IMG/VR virus record: IMGVR_UViG_3300027851_000025
Length of the DNA stretch: 20,000 bases
Origin: an uncultured virus (IMG/VR IMGVR_UViG_3300027851_000025)
Lineage: Duplodnaviria > Heunggongvirae > Uroviricota > Caudoviricetes
Strand: one strand, 5' to 3'
Positions 14,986 to 20,000 of the stretch are shown here, piece by piece. The translations under genes were made by a program, and so were the position numbers. Positions within the stretch are counted from its first letter, which is position 1. Each line of letters starts with the position of its first letter. The notes beneath the pieces were generated by a model. The model ran no database searches and was not told the DNA's origin. It saw only the letters and a program-made list of their open reading frames with translations.

Positions 14986-15155
14986 AAATCTATCTAGCCA
15001 GCACCGCTCCAGGAACGGAAGGAACTGAAAAAAACCAGTTGATCTCCATCCCAATTCCAAAGCGCCTGCTCTCTTATCACCATATCAAATTCAATCAGTT
15101 CGGAACCCGGGTCGTCTTTAATGCCTTAACCACAAGGAGGAACAAAACCAAATGA
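14982..15155 (+). CDS. MKIYLA-family module 7, in frame, 57 aa (below ORF-track cutoff)
   Basis: MKIYLASTAPGTEGTEKNQLISIPIPKRLLSYHHIKFNQFGTRVVFNALTTRRNKTK*; ATGA overlaps at both ends; A7 at 15028-15034. Confidence 0.78.
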   Translation: MKIYLASTAPGTEGTEKNQLISIPIPKRLLSYHHIKFNQFGTRVVFNALTTRRNKTK

Positions 15156-16159
15156 AAATCAATCTGTCGCAATTCAAGGAAGTTCTTGGCAAGGTCAAGC
15201 CAGGCTTGTCAAGCGGTAAGGAGACTACAGAGCAGTCCGACTGCTTCGTATTCCACAAGAACCGGATCTTCACCTACAACGACGAGATTTCAGTCAGCTG
15301 CCCCTGGGAATCCCCGATTGAAGGTGCCGTCCCGAGTAAGGAGCTTCTGGCCCTGGTCAATAAGTTGTCGGCTGAAGAAGTAGAAATGAACATGGAGAAT
15401 GGGGAGCTCAGGATCAAGTCAGGCCGATCCAAGTCAGGGCTGGTAGTTCAAGCAGACATCCACATGCCCATCGACGAGATCGTGATGCCAAAGAAGTTTA
15501 GTCCACTTCCCAAGAACTTCACTGCCGGCCTGAAGTCATGCGTCTTCTCTGCTTCCAACGATTTCAGTTTTCCGATCCTCACGGTCGTCCATTGCCTGGA
15601 TTCTTGGATGGAGTCTACGGATAACGATCGGGCAACCAGATGGGAGTTGAGCAAACAGTGGTTCAAGAAGCCGGTCCTGATCCCGGTCGTCGCCGCCAAG
15701 GCTTTGTCTGGGTATTCAGATGTAAAAGCCTATCACGACGATGGGAGTTGGGTCCACTTCCAGATTGGGGATTCCTTGGTATTCAGCTGCCGGACCATTG
15801 ATGGGGATTTCCCTGACATTGGAGGATACTTCAAGACCGATGGGTATGAGCTGGAGTTCCCTAGCTCCACCCTGGATATCCTTAGCAGGGCCGGTATATT
15901 CGTGGAAGCCGACAACTCTGAGAAGCTGGTCCACGTCTCGGTGAATGAGAAGGGGGTTATGGAGATCAAGGCTCAGTCGGATCATGGTTGGTATAATGAA
16001 ACCATTCGATTGAAAGCAGCGCCAAAAACAGCCCTGGCATTCTCCATTCATCCCGACTATCTGTCACAGATACTCAGCTCCACCGGGAAAGCCACTATTG
16101 GTGAAAAGCTGGTATTGTTTGAGACAGAGAACTTCAAACATGTAATTGCCTTGGAATAG
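15152..16159 (+). CDS. dnaN: DNA polymerase III beta sliding clamp-like protein
   Basis: AS.D...PILT.V, STDNDR (cf. ATDGHRL), RTIDGDFPD (cf. RLIDG.FPD) and F...YL; 335 aa; AAGGAGG RBS. Confidence 0.8.
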   Translation: MKINLSQFKEVLGKVKPGLSSGKETTEQSDCFVFHKNRIFTYNDEISVSCPWESPIEGAVPSKELLALVNKLSAEEVEMNMENGELRIKSGRSKSGLVVQADIHMPIDEIVMPKKFSPLPKNFTAGLKSCVFSASNDFSFPILTVVHCLDSWMESTDNDRATRWELSKQWFKKPVLIPVVAAKALSGYSDVKAYHDDGSWVHFQIGDSLVFSCRTIDGDFPDIGGYFKTDGYELEFPSSTLDILSRAGIFVEADNSEKLVHVSVNEKGVMEIKAQSDHGWYNETIRLKAAPKTALAFSIHPDYLSQILSSTGKATIGEKLVLFETENFKHVIALE

Positions 16160-16193
16160 AATAAACAAACCCATTAAACAGGAGAAATCAACC

Positions 16194-16487
16194 ATGAAGC
16201 ATGCCAGAACCGACTACGACTGTATCCAGGACCCATCCGGCAAGATCGCTGAAGACGAACCTGTATTCCTTCTTCGTGCCAAGGATAAGATTGCTCCCAC
16301 CATCGTCAGGGCCTGGGCAAAGCATTTGAAGCTAAATGGAGGGGATTGGCGGACCGCCAATAGGGCAATGGATTGGGCAAACGAAATGGAGAAGTGGCAG
16401 AAAACGAATGGATCGAAGATGCCGGATACTCCCAAGGAATTGATTCCCGAGTTTCCTGCCGGCCAAGTCAACGATCACTTCTGCTGA
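16194..16487 (+). CDS. Conserved phage hypothetical protein (DEPVFLLRAxD motif), 97 aa
   Basis: AGGAGA RBS before ATG 16194; DEPVFLLRAKD.IAP..V..W pattern. Confidence 0.75.
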   Translation: MKHARTDYDCIQDPSGKIAEDEPVFLLRAKDKIAPTIVRAWAKHLKLNGGDWRTANRAMDWANEMEKWQKTNGSKMPDTPKELIPEFPAGQVNDHFC

Positions 16488-17017
16488 GATCGATCGTGAG
16501 TTTATTCCGGATTGAACAATTAGCAGGGGAGGCAGAAAAAGTCCTCCCCTGCGATATCGAAAAGATTCAGATCCTCAATACTAAAGAGGAAGTGGACAAA
16601 TATCTTCTTGAGGTATTGAGGTTAAAGCCAAAGATCATTGCCTTTGATTATCATGGGGTATCCGCCGGCGGGAAAATCAATATAGTTTGCTGTTCCATGT
16701 GCTGGCAGTTGATCAGATCCGTTTCCTGGCAATGGGTTAATACCGACCCCAAACTATTTAGAAAGTTCCTTGAAAGTAATGATATTGGGAAAACAAGTCA
16801 GTATCATAAGCAAGAAATAGAATGGTCGGAAAATAGGTTTAGAAGGACTACAATAAACAACTTAATTGAATATGATTATCCAGGTATAATAAAGAGGGAG
16901 AGAAGGGTTAATGGAAATATGCCAATAGAAAGAATACTGAAAAGTATGGCATTAAACAGTCTATCCAAATACAAAGTAATAGCCGATCAAATAATAGAAC
17001 TGGGGATTATAAAATGA
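16373..17017 (+). CDS. Degenerate DnaQ/PolA-type 3'-5' exonuclease-like protein (start uncertain)
   Basis: KIIAFDY (ExoI-like), FLES.DIGK...HKQE..W (ExoII-like) and P.E.ILKSMALNS (ExoIII-like); ATGA-coupled to dnaE. Confidence 0.5.
   Translation: MGKRNGEVAENEWIEDAGYSQGIDSRVSCRPSQRSLLLRSIVSLFRIEQLAGEAEKVLPCDIEKIQILNTKEEVDKYLLEVLRLKPKIIAFDYHGVSAGGKINIVCCSMCWQLIRSVSWQWVNTDPKLFRKFLESNDIGKTSQYHKQEIEWSENRFRRTTINNLIEYDYPGIIKRERRVNGNMPIERILKSMALNSLSKYKVIADQIIELGIIK
16862..16890 (+). promoter_or_regulatory. Variant copy of the conserved promoter, upstream of dnaE, inside a CDS
   Basis: TTAATT 16862-16867, 17 nt ending CCAGG, TATAAT 16885-16890. Confidence 0.55.
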
Positions 17018-19707
17018 GTTTTTGCCACCTTCATGTCCATAATGAATACTCAGTTCTTGATGGGGTCGGAACCTCAAAACAATATGCCACAATCGCAAAA
17101 GAACTCGGCCAGACCCATCTTGCCTTAACCAATCATGGGAATGTCGATGGCGCAATAGAACATCAAAAACAATGCCTTGAAATAGGGATAGAACCGATCA
17201 TTGGGGCAGAGATGTATCTGGTTCCGGATCTTTCCATTAAAGAAAAGGGAGAAACTCGCTATCACATGACCCTGCTGGTGGAGAATCAAACAGGCTGGCG
17301 GAACCTCCTACAGCTCTTGACGATCGCCAATATAGATGGGTTTTATCACAGGCCCAGGATCGACCATAAGACCTTGATGAAACATCTGGAGGGCCTGGTT
17401 GTTATGAGTGCCTGCTCCGCTTCCTTTATCCATCACAAACCTCATACTAAATTCCTCCGGGATTATATTGATAGGATCGGAAATAACAGAGTATTCTTGG
17501 AAGTAATGCCGCACAAGATCCCGGAGCAGATTGAAACGAATAAGTTGGCCATTTCTCTTTCAAAGAAACTCGGAATCCAAGTAGTGGCCACTAATGACTG
17601 TCATTATCCAACCTCCAAAGCCACAAAACATCAAGAAGTCCTCCTTGCCATCCAAACCAAAAAGAAGTGGTCAGACTCCAGCAGATGGAAGTTTAATTGT
17701 GATGGCCTTTTCCTCCGGTCAGAACAGGAAATGATTGAAGCATTCCAGGAACAAGATTGTCTATCTGATGGCGAAATAAAGAAGGCGATCAGGAGGACAA
17801 TGACCGTTGCCAACATCTGCCAATCATTCCGAATAGAAAAACAAGAAGTATATCTTCCAAGCATTAAGAACTTCCCGACAGAAGAAGATGAATTGATCTT
17901 TCTGGAAAACTTGGTTTATAGAGGGCTCAAGCGGCGCATCGGGGATCTGCCATACGACGATCTAAAAGAATACAAAGAAAGAATCGAAATGGAGATGAAG
18001 CTGATTATCTCCAAGAAGTTTGTTCGATATTTTCTGATTGTTTGGGATCTTATCAAATGGTGTAAGAAGAACAATATTATGACCGGCCCAGGGAGAGGTA
18101 GCGTCGGTGGATCATTAGTTGCCTATCTTCTATTTATTACCGACTGTGATCCGCTTATATACGGCACGGAGTTCTTTCGATTTGTATCTGAGGACCGGAA
18201 TGACCTCCCGGACATCGATATGGACTTTGAGGATATCAAAAGGCAGGAGGTCAGGAAGTACCTGTCTGATAAATACGGGGAGTTCAATGTTTCTGGCCTT
18301 TCAAACTTCTTGACGATGAAGGGGAAAGGGGTTCTCAGGGACGTTTCCAGAGTATTCGACATCCCCCTCAAAGAAGTCGATGTAGCGGCGAAAGCCATGG
18401 TTGATGGGGAAGATGGGGAGGAGATTTCAAAGTCTTTCAAAGAGGTTGGAGAATGCCGGCGCTTTGGTCACAAGTATCCAGAAGTGGTCGAGATATGTAA
18501 ATCAATAGAGGGTCAGATTAGGGGGTATGGCCAACATGCTGCAGGGGTTTGTATTTCCGAAAAGGACTTGAGAGAAGGATATAATTGCAATCTTGTTACC
18601 CGGTCCAATACCATCGTGGCAAACTGGGATATGCGGAATGCGGAGTATTGCGGTTTGATGAAACTCGATATTCTTGGATTGAGTGCCTTAACCATCCTCA
18701 ATGAATGCCGACGATTGGTAAAGCAAAATCACGATATTGATATAGACTACAAAGCAATTTCATTTGATGACAAAAAGGTATTCCAGGAAATCTCCAATGG
18801 TCATACTGTTGGGGCATTTCAGATAGGATCTTCTGGCCTGACCAATTATTGTAAAGAGCTTGGGGTTGATAACTTTGCTATGCTCTATGCAGTGACTGCC
18901 CTCTGGAGGCCAGGACCATTGCAGTCCGGGATGACCGAACTCTATGCCAAGAGAAAGAGGGGACAAGTTAAGATCCAAAAGATCCATCCAATATTCGATA
19001 AAATTACTGAAGAGACTTTTGGTGTAATTGTTTATCAGGAACAGGTAATGAAGGTGGTTAATCAACTGGCAGGAATCCCAATGTCCACCTGTAACAAGAT
19101 CAGAAAGGTCATGGGAAAGAGTATGGGTCATATTGCCTTTGACAAATACAAAGAAGAATTTCTCCAGGGATGTAAAAATAACGAAATAAACTGGAAGAAG
19201 GCAAACCAAATCTGGGACATGATGTCGAAGTTTGGTGGATACGGATTCAATCTTTCACACTCTGTTGAATACTCGATGATTACCTATTGGGATATGTGGA
19301 GCAAGACATATTATCCCAATGAGTTCTTGGCTGCTTCTCTGACCCTTGGGGATAAGACCAAAAATATTATATATATGCAGGAAGCAAAAAGACTGGGTCT
19401 CAAGATCAATCTTCCGAAAATAGGCAGATCCGAGGCGGTTAGATGGAATTGTGATGACAAAGGTAATTTATATGCCCCTTTCATTTCCATAAACGGCGTT
19501 GGAGATGCTACGGCAGAGAAGATTGCTGAGGCAAAAGTAGAGAATAAAAAGAGAAGGGGATTTTTCAATCATTTGAAACAAAGCGAGAGGATTCCTGGAG
19601 TTGATAAAAATGTAATTGATATCCTCACCAAAATAAAGGCTTTTGATCCTAACCATGAAACCACAACCCAAGACCTGAGAGAGTTTAGATCATATTTTAT
19701 TTTTTAA
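17014..19707 (+). CDS. dnaE: DNA polymerase III alpha subunit (family C), C-terminally short
   Basis: PHP motifs HLHVH..YS.LDG and TNDCHY; GPGRGS..GSLVAY, PDIDMD, H.AG, KLDILGL, YQEQ and YGFN.SH; 897 aa. Confidence 0.97.
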   Translation: MSFCHLHVHNEYSVLDGVGTSKQYATIAKELGQTHLALTNHGNVDGAIEHQKQCLEIGIEPIIGAEMYLVPDLSIKEKGETRYHMTLLVENQTGWRNLLQLLTIANIDGFYHRPRIDHKTLMKHLEGLVVMSACSASFIHHKPHTKFLRDYIDRIGNNRVFLEVMPHKIPEQIETNKLAISLSKKLGIQVVATNDCHYPTSKATKHQEVLLAIQTKKKWSDSSRWKFNCDGLFLRSEQEMIEAFQEQDCLSDGEIKKAIRRTMTVANICQSFRIEKQEVYLPSIKNFPTEEDELIFLENLVYRGLKRRIGDLPYDDLKEYKERIEMEMKLIISKKFVRYFLIVWDLIKWCKKNNIMTGPGRGSVGGSLVAYLLFITDCDPLIYGTEFFRFVSEDRNDLPDIDMDFEDIKRQEVRKYLSDKYGEFNVSGLSNFLTMKGKGVLRDVSRVFDIPLKEVDVAAKAMVDGEDGEEISKSFKEVGECRRFGHKYPEVVEICKSIEGQIRGYGQHAAGVCISEKDLREGYNCNLVTRSNTIVANWDMRNAEYCGLMKLDILGLSALTILNECRRLVKQNHDIDIDYKAISFDDKKVFQEISNGHTVGAFQIGSSGLTNYCKELGVDNFAMLYAVTALWRPGPLQSGMTELYAKRKRGQVKIQKIHPIFDKITEETFGVIVYQEQVMKVVNQLAGIPMSTCNKIRKVMGKSMGHIAFDKYKEEFLQGCKNNEINWKKANQIWDMMSKFGGYGFNLSHSVEYSMITYWDMWSKTYYPNEFLAASLTLGDKTKNIIYMQEAKRLGLKINLPKIGRSEAVRWNCDDKGNLYAPFISINGVGDATAEKIAEAKVENKKRRGFFNHLKQSERIPGVDKNVIDILTKIKAFDPNHETTTQDLREFRSYFIF

Positions 19708-19710
19708 TCC

Positions 19711-19739
19711 TTAACGATTTTATAAAATTTAGGTATAAT
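19711..19739 (+). promoter_or_regulatory. Conserved phage promoter P4
   Basis: TTAACG 19711-19716, 17 nt, TATAAT 19734-19739, preceded by TTAGG. Confidence 0.8.
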
Positions 19740-19767
19740 CTATAAACCAACCAATAAAGAGGAAGAC

Positions 19768-20000
19768 ATGCCACTCCATACCGACTATAGACCAGAAACC
19801 CTGGATGATTTTATTGGGAACCGGACTACCATAAGTAGCCTCCGAACCCTCTTGAAGTCGAAGAATCCACCCCATAGCTATCTATTCACTGGCCCTCAAG
19901 GATGTGGGAAAACCACCCTGGCCCGGATTGTAGCCAAAGAATTGGGATGCGATGGCTACAATCTCAAAGAGCAGAATGCAGCTGACTTTCGTGGAATTGA
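19768..20000 (+). CDS. Clamp loader AAA+ subunit (DnaX/RFC-like), truncated by the window edge
   Basis: MPLHTDYRPETLDDFIGN...PHSYLFTGPQGCGKTTLARIVAKEL...EQNAADFRGI; GAGGA RBS. Confidence 0.92.
   Translation, partial: MPLHTDYRPETLDDFIGNRTTISSLRTLLKSKNPPHSYLFTGPQGCGKTTLARIVAKELGCDGYNLKEQNAADFRGI

Noticed and set aside
12606..15155. Module array as a CRISPR array, diversity-generating retroelement or shufflon
   Set aside because: There are no identical 25-45 bp repeats, no near-identical template/variable pair with adenine-specific mismatches, and no reverse transcriptase or invertase in the window. All units share one orientation and the similarity is mainly at protein level.
15152..15170. 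MKINLS start of the beta clamp as an eighth module
   Set aside because: It lacks the RER and RLLS motifs, and MK-hydrophobic starts are normal for beta clamps.
413..19671. Other overlapping minus-strand and alternate-frame ORFs in the track
   Set aside because: They lie within well-supported + strand genes and show no recognisable motifs.

Overview
A bacteriophage (or prophage) early/middle region, almost entirely on the + strand and tightly packed. It has three parts. (1) A replication module: sigma-like factor, SNF2/HARP-type helicase, primase, initiator with iteron-like repeats, DnaC-like loader, DnaB-like helicase and MazG-like pyrophosphatase, then a beta clamp, a degenerate 3'-5' exonuclease, DnaE and a partial DnaX-like clamp loader. 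(2) A 7-deazaguanine DNA-modification cluster: queD, queE, queC, a PRTase-FolE fusion, a YhhQ/VUT transporter and a TGT-fold DpdA-like transglycosylase. (3) The most unusual element: an array of seven paralogous ~50-70 aa mini-genes (MK[IV]xxA...RER...RLLS[YF]) around the DpdA-like gene at 12606-15155. One copy is the N-terminal module of that enzyme. Six copies carry a simple-sequence tract (G6, (AG)5-6 or A7) at the equivalent position, and three are broken there by the same +1 frameshift. This suggests a bank of interchangeable, possibly phase-variable N-terminal modules for a DNA-modifying enzyme. A conserved promoter (TTAACG-N17-TATAAT, preceded by AGG) occurs four times, plus one variant. 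All calls come from motif recognition by eye; no database searches were run.
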